Below are positions 19,212 to 27,728 of a DNA stretch of 55,047 nucleotides, piece after piece; the first letter of the stretch is position 1; the number at the start of each line of letters is the position of its first letter. The notes below the pieces were generated by a model, which searched no databases, was not told the origin of the DNA, and saw only the letters and a program-made list of their open reading frames with translations. The stretch is from a bacterium (GTDB lineage Bacteria > Patescibacteriota > Gracilibacteria > UM-FILTER-43-11), in NCBI GenBank assembly GCA_030427295.1, contig JAUHWS010000003.1:1-55047 (forward strand), given 5' to 3'. A program made the translations under genes and the position numbers.

Positions 19212-19355
19212 TTGAAAAAATAAATCGATGTGCTAGGATTTGTTTGTGAATCCAACGACTTCTAAATCATCTCAAAAAACCAAAACCGCGTAGCGGTGGT
19301 CTTTTGTGATTAATGATTTGACTCAGCAGACCACCTCAAAAGTGGTTTTTTGTTT
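19212..19355 (+). promoter_or_regulatory. Promoter, leader uORF and attenuator
   Basis: TTGAAA..TGCTAGGAT; uORF 19246-19293; GTGGTC (19296) can compete with terminator AGACCAC-CTCAAAA-GTGGTTTTTT. Confidence 0.55.
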
Positions 19356-19414
19356 GTCATATCACGTCATTTTTATTAGAATAGTCAACCCATTGCCTCT
19401 TAACCCCATATCGT

Positions 19415-20410
19415 ATGCCACTCTCACCAACTCCAACTCAATCCAATGATCGACCAATGCGCTTAGCTTACATGACCTCAATTTCTGAAATTGCCAGCCC
19501 GAAAGGCGGTGAGCATGTGGGCCAAGATGTCACTTGTCCGGAAACAGGCGATCAACTTGGTTATCGAGAGGGCCATTTGGAAGCTTTAGCTAAAGCAATT
19601 GAGCAAAACAGAGATGGCGTTGGTGACTTGGTTGAAATTGCTGCTGTAATTTATCATGATTCAAATAGACGCATGAAAAGAATGGGGTTCGATGGAAAGC
19701 AAGCAACAGGTGATATTCGCTGGCCATGGCCAGAAAATCTGCCGGCTGCTGACGGTAAGACCTTGGGTGATGTGACTCATCAGGTGGTGATGTATACACC
19801 TGAATGGAGAGAGGCAAGAAAGGCAAGAAACTTGGAATTGGCTCGAGGAATCAGAGCTGAAAGAGAGCGCTATTTGGAAACGCTTCTAAGAGAAAACGGG
19901 GTGGATGTTTTATTGAATGATAGTGGCACCTACATTTTTCAACCCAATATGGCCATTCTTCAAAGCAAAGGGGGTCGCATTATCAATATTCATCCTGCGG
20001 TCACCAATCCAATTCATCCTGACTACAAACTAGCATCTGATCAAGAAATTGACCCACGATATGCTATCCCTGGATTATACCCTACAGAAAGTGCATTAAT
20101 GAGATACAATCAAGGGAAAATATTAGGTGTCGGCAGAGAAGTGATTGATGTACCTGAATTACAAGGCTATCGAGGACATGGGGCTACATTACATGAAATC
20201 ATTGCTGAAATTGACGCAGGGCGTGTGATTCATGCTAGAGAGAATAGGGACATGATTGAACCTGGAATGTCTCGCCAACAATTGAGACATCGAGCGTTTG
20301 AATTGAGCAGAGAGGTTCTTGTGAAAGGTGTGATAAAATATGCTCAGGCTAGACGAGAAGAAATGCAAAGTGCATTAGCTGATCAGCCTACTTTAGCTGC
20401 AGCCATGTAA
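19415..20410 (+). CDS. Divergent formyltransferase (PurN/Fmt fold)
   Basis: RIINIHP and GATLHEI..EIDAG catalytic motifs, with insertions. Confidence 0.75.
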   Translation: MPLSPTPTQSNDRPMRLAYMTSISEIASPKGGEHVGQDVTCPETGDQLGYREGHLEALAKAIEQNRDGVGDLVEIAAVIYHDSNRRMKRMGFDGKQATGDIRWPWPENLPAADGKTLGDVTHQVVMYTPEWREARKARNLELARGIRAERERYLETLLRENGVDVLLNDSGTYIFQPNMAILQSKGGRIINIHPAVTNPIHPDYKLASDQEIDPRYAIPGLYPTESALMRYNQGKILGVGREVIDVPELQGYRGHGATLHEIIAEIDAGRVIHARENRDMIEPGMSRQQLRHRAFELSREVLVKGVIKYAQARREEMQSALADQPTLAAAM

Positions 20411-20424
20411 TCAAAATTAATATA

Positions 20425-21141
20425 ATGTCTCGATTACTCACTCCACAACTTGCTGACCGATCCTTTCGATTGGATCACTTGCTTCGCAACACATCATTTC
20501 ATCCTATTTTTGATGAAGCAGTGATGAAAACCCCTCCAGCTATTTTTGATTTTACGCGTCACAATGAATCCGTGACGGGGTTAGTGAAAGCTGGTGGCGA
20601 GCATTTTCAGGAAGTGATTGATCAAATAATGAAAGAGCAAGGGGCTACGTGGGGCATTGGACAATATTTGGAACGGCGTGACGGAGTGCTTTCGGGCACT
20701 TATATCGATCAAGCCAAACGCTACTATCATTTGGGTGTGGACATTGCTTTTCCAAAAAATACTCCTTTATATGCCCCTTTGGATGGAGAAATCTATAAAA
20801 CTGGTTATGCAGAAGAATGGGGGGATTACGGTAATTATCTGTCCACCAAACACGAACTGGATGGTATTGAGTTTTATCTTTTTTACGGACATTTAAAAGC
20901 TGAGAGTTTTAAAGCAGGGGGTTTGATAAAGAAGGGTGAAAAATTGGCTGAAATAGGCGATTTTGAAGAAAATGGACAATGGTTTCACCACACTCACTTA
21001 CAAGTTTGTTTATTGCCTTGGGAATCTGGCACACCAGATGGTTACTGCTCGGAAGAAAATTTAGACCAGTATCGTTTACTCAACCCCAATCCTCTTTTGA
21101 TCATTCGAGATTATTTGCCATCTACTTTGCCTGCCAATTAA
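20425..21141 (+). CDS. M23 family peptidase
   Basis: HLGVD, YAPLDG, YGH, HTHLQ motifs. Confidence 0.85.
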   Translation: MSRLLTPQLADRSFRLDHLLRNTSFHPIFDEAVMKTPPAIFDFTRHNESVTGLVKAGGEHFQEVIDQIMKEQGATWGIGQYLERRDGVLSGTYIDQAKRYYHLGVDIAFPKNTPLYAPLDGEIYKTGYAEEWGDYGNYLSTKHELDGIEFYLFYGHLKAESFKAGGLIKKGEKLAEIGDFEENGQWFHHTHLQVCLLPWESGTPDGYCSEENLDQYRLLNPNPLLIIRDYLPSTLPAN

Positions 21142-21143
21142 TC

Positions 21144-21740
21144 ATGTTCACCGGCATCATCGAAAGCACCGGGCAGGTTCAGGCCAAGACCAGCAATACG
21201 CTGACCATCAAAATGAGTCAGGTGATGGAGGATTTGAAGATGGGGAGTAGCATTGCCGTGGATGGCGCCTGCTTGACCGTGACGAAACTGGGAAAGAAGC
21301 AGTTTACGGCCGATGTGATGCCCATCACTTTTGAGCGGACTGTGTTGGGAGAACGGAAGGTGGGTGACGAAGTGAATTTGGAGCGGGCCATGGAATACGG
21401 CAAACGTTTTGAAGGACACATGGTCAGCGGTCATGTGGAAGGTCGAGGCATCCTCAAAAAAATGCAACTGAAAGACAACGCCTATCATTTGGAATTTGAG
21501 GTGGATGAAACCTTGCAACCCTACATTGTTCGGACCGGCTCCATCACCGTCAATGGCATCAGCTTGACCGTGATTCAAGACACTGAAACCGGCTTTGAAG
21601 TCGGCATCATCCCCCACACCTGGGACCACACGAATTTGAAGCACCTACAAGTCGGTGATCAGGTGAATGTGGAGACAGACTTACTCGCAAAATATGCTCG
21701 TAAACTTTATTCTGTTGATCTAGCCGTTCAACAGGACTAA
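21144..21740 (+). CDS. ribE: Riboflavin synthase (alpha chain)
   Basis: MFTGIIE start, SIAVDGACLTV, VNLERA, GH.VSGHV, IIPHT. Confidence 0.95.
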   Translation: MFTGIIESTGQVQAKTSNTLTIKMSQVMEDLKMGSSIAVDGACLTVTKLGKKQFTADVMPITFERTVLGERKVGDEVNLERAMEYGKRFEGHMVSGHVEGRGILKKMQLKDNAYHLEFEVDETLQPYIVRTGSITVNGISLTVIQDTETGFEVGIIPHTWDHTNLKHLQVGDQVNVETDLLAKYARKLYSVDLAVQQD

Positions 21741-21896
21741 GGAGTATGGACTAAGGACTAAGTGAAAAACTATTCGTAATGAGATGATGCCCCCAGCCCC
21801 CTTTAGCAAGGGGGAGCCAAATACAGAATAAAACTATTCGTAAACTATTCGCAGCTATTCGTAACCCATCCGTAAACGATCCGTAACCCATCCGTA
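21735..21896 (+). repeat. GGACTAA heptamers, G/C hairpin and 11-bp tandem array
   Basis: GGACTAA-like x4, then AAACTATTCGT/AACCCATCCGT units abutting the ribH ATG. Confidence 0.75.
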
Positions 21897-22376
21897 ATGA
21901 GCTTAATAAAAGACAATCTCTCGCAAGAAAATTTAACCCTCGATCAACCGGTGAAAATCGGGATCGTTCAAAGCGAGTATAATTCGGAAATCACGGATGC
22001 TTTGGCCGGCAGTTGTCTGGAAACTTTGGAGCGCGCCGGCGTGAGGATGTCAGACATCCTCCATCAAAAGGTCCCCGGGGCTTGGGAGTTGGCCATTGCC
22101 GCTCAGCGTATGGCTAAGGAGAATGAGCTCGATGCCATCATCACCTTGGGTTTGATTCTGCGAGGAGAGACCCCCCACTTTGATTTTATTGCAGCCGGGT
22201 GTGCAAACGGTATAATGCAAGTGAGCTTGAATGCCAATATCCCGGTTATCTTTGGTGTACTGACCACGGATTCACTCCAGCAAGCTCAAGACCGCATCAA
22301 AGGCGGGCGGCGTGGAGATAAGGGGGTGGAGGCGGCTCAAGCAGCGATCAAAATGATTCAACTGAACTCAAAATAA
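21897..22376 (+). CDS. ribH: 6,7-dimethyl-8-ribityllumazine synthase
   Basis: VPGAWEL, RGETPHFDFI, PVIFGVLT, KGVEAA. Confidence 0.96.
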   Translation: MSLIKDNLSQENLTLDQPVKIGIVQSEYNSEITDALAGSCLETLERAGVRMSDILHQKVPGAWELAIAAQRMAKENELDAIITLGLILRGETPHFDFIAAGCANGIMQVSLNANIPVIFGVLTTDSLQQAQDRIKGGRRGDKGVEAAQAAIKMIQLNSK

Positions 22377-22377
22377 A

Positions 22378-22743
22378 ATGCAAAAACTCAACATAACGAT
22401 CACAGATTTTCCCAATCTTGAAAAAGCTCAACTCGTTCGCTTTGAGGGCGATTTTGATGGGGTGGCGAAAGAAAACTTAGCGGACATTGAAGTAGCTGTC
22501 GAGAATTGCCCGGAGGACTGCCTCATGATCTTTGATTTTTCTCAACTGGACTACCTCAACAGCTTTGCCTTAGGCCAACTGGTCACCTGGCACAACATCA
22601 TTGAGGCTAAAAAAGGCAAAGTGGTGATTGTGGGCACCAATGATCACGTGAAAGATATCTTCACAGTTTTAGGCGTGGACAATATCTTCAAAACCTACTC
22701 CACCTTAGAGGAGGCCAACATGGATTTGCATCAGCATGTTTAG
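22378..22743 (+). CDS. STAS domain anti-sigma-factor antagonist
   Basis: FDFSQLDYLNSFALGQLV, VKDIF.VLG. Confidence 0.85.
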   Translation: MQKLNITITDFPNLEKAQLVRFEGDFDGVAKENLADIEVAVENCPEDCLMIFDFSQLDYLNSFALGQLVTWHNIIEAKKGKVVIVGTNDHVKDIFTVLGVDNIFKTYSTLEEANMDLHQHV

Positions 22744-22745
22744 AG

Positions 22746-22992
22746 GAAGTATATACTCGTCCTCTCCTCAACTATATACTCATCCCCGCCAAAATGCTGC
22801 GTGTCATCTCAGCACCCTTTTCAGTAAGCGATTAGCGAATAGCGAGTAGCGATTAGCTAGAATACAGCTTAAAATAGGACTCATCACTCACTACTAGCCA
22901 CTCACCACTATAAATAGGACTTAATCGTTACTCGCTATTCGTTAGTCCTTGAGAAGAAAGTATATACCCACCTCAACCCAAAGTATATACCT
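22746..22992 (-). repeat. GTATATAC four-box element, copy 4 (type-C core)
   Basis: Boxes at 22749, 22772, 22960 and 22983. Confidence 0.9.
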
Positions 22993-23008
22993 AAGTGTAC
23001 AGTACAGT

Positions 23009-23331
23009 TGTCATTCCATGACTTGATCATGGAATCGCCTGCATTCAGTCACTCCAAATTTGGACGACTCTAGGGTCAAGCCCTAGAGTGACAAATGGTT
23101 ATTTACCATTCAGGACCTGCCCCCTAAAAGCTATTCATCCATCAATCCCTTTCCCCCTCCCTGTGGAGGGGGACAATAAGATGGGTTTGATGGAGTAAAG
23201 GGGGAGGTCCTGATGGAATGAATAGAGTGATTCCGAGCTTCAAAATACAGACAACTCTAGGATCTGACGCCTTTGAGTGACATCTATTTCCTTGTTTCTC
23301 AATGAAGGGGAAGATATATTCTTCGCCTTCA
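23009..23331. repeat. Composite repeat block: REP-like element, G/C module, half REP, TGAAGG palindrome
   Basis: 23009-23093, 23111-23212, 23250-23282 and 23303-23331 match modules at 9582-9716 and 14798-15060. Confidence 0.75.
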
Positions 23332-23356
23332 GGTCATTTTTGGACGAGCATTCCCC

Positions 23357-24037
23357 CTACCCAATTCGCTTCTGACCCACCACTAACTCTTCCAGGTCGG
23401 TGATCATTTTTAGGTAAGCCGATTGCATGAAGTCGTGTAGAATCTCGTAATCGACTTGGGTGCTCTGCATGGCGAGGTAGTTTCGCAGAATGAAGGCGGA
23501 GAGCTGAACAAAAGGAGCAGAAAGCTCTTTGACCATTTCGTTGCGGTCATTTACTTTTTTGCGAAGCACAGATTCGAGGGTGCGGTGCGGTTTGTTGGCC
23601 GCAGCAACGGTGATGTCACCCAACCATTTTTCGATGGCTTGCATTTGCCCCTCACTCAAACTATGGATGGCTTGTTGCTTGGGCACGGTGAGGGCATTTT
23701 TGTTTTGAGCCGCAGCGACAATCTGATCGATTTCCATCGAAGCAGTGCGATCGATGAGCGAAAGCACGGCAATGAGAAGTTCAGAGGGAATATCTTGCGC
23801 CACACAACGGGAAATGAGCAAGAAGAGGTCTGTGTTGCTGGCTTGAGAGAGAAATTGAACGATGATGTTGGCTAATTTATTGTCATTGCCTCGGGCTTTC
23901 CCCTCCTCTTTTTTGAGTTGTTGTTGGGCGGCTTGAGCCCGTCGCATCTCTTCGTTAAATTGCTCTTGGGCTTGTTCACTGGATTCATTGCCTGCTGGGG
24001 CGCCTGCAAAGGATTCAAAATTTCCGACTTCTGACAT
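23357..24037 (-). CDS. Hypothetical helical protein
   Basis: 226-aa ORF; no motif recognised. Confidence 0.8.
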   Translation of the reverse strand: MSEVGNFESFAGAPAGNESSEQAQEQFNEEMRRAQAAQQQLKKEEGKARGNDNKLANIIVQFLSQASNTDLFLLISRCVAQDIPSELLIAVLSLIDRTASMEIDQIVAAAQNKNALTVPKQQAIHSLSEGQMQAIEKWLGDITVAAANKPHRTLESVLRKKVNDRNEMVKELSAPFVQLSAFILRNYLAMQSTQVDYEILHDFMQSAYLKMITDLEELVVGQKRIG

Positions 24038-24071
24038 AGGGGGGAATTAGTGTTTATGGGTTGATTCTATC

Positions 24072-24103
24072 AAAAAAACCGCATGGAAGGCCACACGGTT
24101 TTC
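24072..24103 (-). terminator. Intrinsic terminator after rpmA
   Basis: AAAACCG...CGGTTTT stem with a T-run on the minus strand. Confidence 0.55.
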
Positions 24104-24119
24104 TGGAATGGTTTTTGCA

Positions 24120-24437
24120 TTAAGCTTTGGCCACCTTCTTGGTCGCTTTCACTTTTTTAGGCGCGGGGACGATGTTGACGAACTTGTTGCGGTATACGCG
24201 TCCATCGTATTTCTTCTGACGTTTTTCTGAGAAAGAAACCACGCCATTTTTGAGGGCAAACAAGGTGAAGTCTTTTCCAGTCCCTACCCCATTTCCTGCG
24301 AAGAACTTGTTTCCTTTTTGGCGCACAAGAATGTTTCCTGCTTTCACAGCTTGGCCAGCATAAAGCTTTACCCCAAGGCGTTTTGAATTTGAATCTCGTC
24401 CGTTTTTGGTGGAACCACCTGCTTTCTTATGTGACAT
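24120..24437 (-). CDS. rpmA: 50S ribosomal protein L27
   Basis: [24 protein letters not shown]. Confidence 0.98.
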   Translation of the reverse strand: MSHKKAGGSTKNGRDSNSKRLGVKLYAGQAVKAGNILVRQKGNKFFAGNGVGTGKDFTLFALKNGVVSFSEKRQKKYDGRVYRNKFVNIVPAPKKVKATKKVAKA

Positions 24438-24565
24438 AGTGTTTGAGTTGAATGAATCCTGAATACAAGTTTCTAAAACAATAAAGTATCCAGTGCGGAG
24501 GTATTTTATCGATCTTTTTGACGTTTGGCAAGGGATTTTCTAGGATTTAACAATGCTTAACATTT

Positions 24566-25072
24566 TTAAGCCACTTGCTCATAATCCCCCTGTTCACTTG
24601 AATCTGTCTCGGGGCTTTCTTCAGCTAGCATTTTTTTTGCTTCTTCTCGAAGTAGGTCTGCCAACCTAAAGAATTCACCTCTTTCTTCTGAACCTGATTC
24701 TAAACCTGTTTTTGATTTGGCCACGGTCATGATTTTATCATGAAGTTCATCATTCACATCCCACTGAAAAAGATCATCTCCCAGTCCTGTTTTTACTCTT
24801 TTTCTCATTCTTATTTTTGCCACACTTTTTTGAACTTGTTTTCTGACAAATAGTGACCATTCAATTAGAACCGCCAATTGTTCTGGGTTTAACTTACTGA
24901 AATCTGCACCATTTTCAGATAGGCTTTGTACTATTGCTTCTAGGTCTCTATCCCCAACAAAGGATTGTACTTGAACAAATTCACCCTTGCTATCCTCATG
25001 TCTTATGGAGAGTTGAACTAAACCTGTGGCTTTTTCAAGGATGTCTCCCTTTTTTTCTAAATTGGTGGGCAT
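24566..25072 (-). CDS. Hypothetical protein
   Basis: 168-aa AT-rich ORF; no motif recognised. Confidence 0.7.
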   Translation of the reverse strand: MPTNLEKKGDILEKATGLVQLSIRHEDSKGEFVQVQSFVGDRDLEAIVQSLSENGADFSKLNPEQLAVLIEWSLFVRKQVQKSVAKIRMRKRVKTGLGDDLFQWDVNDELHDKIMTVAKSKTGLESGSEERGEFFRLADLLREEAKKMLAEESPETDSSEQGDYEQVA

Positions 25073-25151
25073 ATTTAAAGAAATTTAATGTTAAGATCTA
25101 ATTTTTCCATACCCTGTTCCAATCGGCAAGTTTTTTTGCTTTAATGGGGAT

Positions 25152-25889
25152 ATGAAAATCCTGTTCTACAACATTGCTTACGCGACGGGGCTCAATGGCT
25201 CGTGGCGACAATACGTGAATAAGATGTGGCGGCTAGTGACCACGTCACCTACGGCGTTCAAGCGAATCAGTCAGACCATCAAGCAAGCGGGAGCCGATGT
25301 GGTGTGTCTGGCAGAAATGGACAATGGTTCGTTTCGGAATCGGTTTCAGTGTCAAACCAAGGCTCTGGCGGATCATCTGCAAGCGGTCTTTTTTGCGACG
25401 GAGAGTAAGTACGAACCTTGGTCGATTTGGCGCTTCATGACCTTGATCCGCAAGCAGCATGATGCGGTGATCTCGCATCGGAATGGAGAATTTAAAGCCC
25501 ATTACCTAAAAACGGGTTTGCAACGACTGGTGTCGGAATTTGTGGTGGATGGGATCAGTATTTTTTTAGTTCATTTGGCCGTACTCAGACGAAAGGTGCG
25601 TGCCAGGCAGCTGCGGGAATTGGCGGAAATCGTGAATCGGTGTGACCGCCCCTATTTGATTTGTGGGGACTTTAACTTGCACGATGGTCTGGATGAGTTA
25701 GATGAATTCAAATCCTTGACCAAGACTCAACTGGTCGAAACTCCAATGACATTCCCAAGTTTTAAACCCAATCGAACGATCGATCTTTTTTTGGTCAGTC
25801 CTGAATTAGAGGTGGCCGAAGCGGGTGTGATGGAAGTTCATGATTCGGATCACTTGCCCGTGTGGGTGAAGTTGAAAGGTGCGGCGTAA
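25152..25889 (+). CDS. Endonuclease/exonuclease/phosphatase family protein
   Basis: YNI, DVVCLAE, CGDFN, IDLF, SDHLPV. Confidence 0.9.
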   Translation: MKILFYNIAYATGLNGSWRQYVNKMWRLVTTSPTAFKRISQTIKQAGADVVCLAEMDNGSFRNRFQCQTKALADHLQAVFFATESKYEPWSIWRFMTLIRKQHDAVISHRNGEFKAHYLKTGLQRLVSEFVVDGISIFLVHLAVLRRKVRARQLRELAEIVNRCDRPYLICGDFNLHDGLDELDEFKSLTKTQLVETPMTFPSFKPNRTIDLFLVSPELEVAEAGVMEVHDSDHLPVWVKLKGAA

Positions 25890-25924
25890 CGGGCGGGATG
25901 TACGATGTGATATGATGGAATAAA

Positions 25925-26791
25925 ATGAAAACAAACAAAATTCAAAGCATCGGCGTGGATGTGGGAGGCACTAAAATCTTGCTTCAAGCTTTTGATAAAT
26001 CCATGAATGTGGTGGTACAGGAGCAAGTGGCAACGGAAACCAAGAAGGGGCAGAAAGGATTTGTGGATCAGCTGATGGATTTGATTGACGGCCATTTTGA
26101 TAAGGGGGTGAAATCGATGGGGGTGGCCGTGCCCGGGATTGTGGATCATGCAAAGGGAGTTTTGGTGAAAGCCCCTCATTTGCCCGTCAAAAATCTAAAA
26201 TTCAAGGCCTTGTTGGAGAAGCGATTCAAGTGCCCAGTGACCATCGACAATGACGCCAATGCCTTTTTGTATGCTCAGTATCAGCGGCCGCGACTTCAAA
26301 AATATCAGCATGTGATCGCTGTGATGCCGGGCACCGGTTTGGGAGGATCGAGCCTGGTGGAGGGGAAGATTGTATACGGCAAAAAAGGCTTTGCGGGGGA
26401 ATTGGGGCACATGGTGATTCGGGCCGATAGCCCACTGAACACCTTTGAAAAAAATACGAGTGGCTCAGCAGTGCCTAAAATTGCTAGATCGCTAGGCATT
26501 GAGCGTAAATTCACCTCGTTCGAGTTGGATGAGAAAACGCCCGAGGCCAAGCAGGTGAAGCGTCACCTGGTGCAACATTTGGGCCTTGGCTTGGCGAATT
26601 TGAATCTAATTTTCAATCCTGATGCCTTTGTTTTGGGTGGTTCGGTCTACTTGTATCATTTGAAGGATTCAACGCAAGAACTTCAAAAAATCATTGCCCA
26701 GCATGCCCTGGACCAGAGCTCGCCGGTGATCATTGACGCGGATCAAAAGCACACGGTGGCCATGGGGGCAGCGTTGATGAGCCAAGTTTAA
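25925..26791 (+). CDS. ROK family sugar kinase
   Basis: GVDVGGTK, DNDANA, GTGLGG, AGELGH. Confidence 0.92.
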   Translation: MKTNKIQSIGVDVGGTKILLQAFDKSMNVVVQEQVATETKKGQKGFVDQLMDLIDGHFDKGVKSMGVAVPGIVDHAKGVLVKAPHLPVKNLKFKALLEKRFKCPVTIDNDANAFLYAQYQRPRLQKYQHVIAVMPGTGLGGSSLVEGKIVYGKKGFAGELGHMVIRADSPLNTFEKNTSGSAVPKIARSLGIERKFTSFELDEKTPEAKQVKRHLVQHLGLGLANLNLIFNPDAFVLGGSVYLYHLKDSTQELQKIIAQHALDQSSPVIIDADQKHTVAMGAALMSQV

Positions 26792-27447
26792 ATGAGCTGA
26801 TTCAAATAGTTATCAAACGGCTGCAAGGCCTTACACATTTGGGTGAGGTTTTTGAGGAAACTGGGGGCGAGGACTTCCTTGTCGGAAAGACGGTGCATGG
26901 CCATGAAACTTTTGTGACGGAGGAGCTCGATTTCGGGATGGTCTTTGGGGAAATCACGGGGGGCGGTTTTGAGCTTGTCGCCTTCGAGAGTAAAGGTTTT
27001 TTTGAAGGACGAAGAATTGAGGATTGCTTTGAACGGCTTAGCATCCTCCGCAATGGCCTGGCGGATGTTTTGGAGCCAGGCTGAAGGTGGTAGGTAGCAC
27101 CCTCCGGCCAAGAAACAATTGTTGGGTTCGACGTTGAGGTAGTAGCCAGCTCGCTCGTGCATTTTTGGCCGACCCCCTTTGACGACGAGAATCCCAAGAC
27201 CTGTTTTGTAGGGAGCGCCTTTGGCAAAACGAGCGTCTCGGTAAATGCGAAACACATAACCTTTTTCATCGGGAGAGCGGAGGGTGTCGTCGAAGGCAGC
27301 GATTTCGTGATGCCAGGCGGCGGCAAATTCCTCCAGTTCTTTTTTGAGGTTGAGGTAGCGGTCTTTGTTTTTTAAAAACCACTCCCGATTGTTGTTTTTT
27401 TGGATGTCTTTGAAGAATTGGAGGGTGATCGAGGTGATTTGGGTCAT
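26788..27447 (-). CDS. DUF2461 family protein
   Basis: NNNREWF, FRIYRD.RF, PYK, LKTAPR..PKDHP.IELLRHK. Confidence 0.88.
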   Translation of the reverse strand: MTQITSITLQFFKDIQKNNNREWFLKNKDRYLNLKKELEEFAAAWHHEIAAFDDTLRSPDEKGYVFRIYRDARFAKGAPYKTGLGILVVKGGRPKMHERAGYYLNVEPNNCFLAGGCYLPPSAWLQNIRQAIAEDAKPFKAILNSSSFKKTFTLEGDKLKTAPRDFPKDHPEIELLRHKSFMAMHRLSDKEVLAPSFLKNLTQMCKALQPFDNYLNQLI

Positions 27448-27463
27448 GTTTGGATGCGGTGAA

Positions 27464-27505
27464 TAAAATTGAAGGCGACGTGCCGGCACGTCGCCTTCAA
27501 TTTTA
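27464..27505. repeat. Perfect palindrome containing the 30-bp TGAAGG core
   Basis: TAAAATTGAAGGCGACGTGCC|GGCACGTCGCCTTCAATTTTA. Confidence 0.85.
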
Positions 27506-27644
27506 CGGGAGATGGCTCATTTCATCCACAAATATTTTTTTAAAATTACTTAACAAAAAAAACACCCCTTATTATTCTGTTTTAGCCTCCAAATGGACCA
27601 GGAGCTTGAATTGAGTTCCAGCATCTCAAAAATGGCTCATACCC

Positions 27645-27673
27645 TTGAAAAAGTGGCTTATTTTTGCTATAAT
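27645..27673 (+). promoter_or_regulatory. Sigma70 promoter of the glucan cluster
   Basis: TTGAAA-17-TATAAT with TG extension. Confidence 0.6.
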
Positions 27674-27728
27674 GTAAGGATTCATTAAATAAAGAATGAA
27701 ACATAGATAATAAATAATAAAAAGTGCC

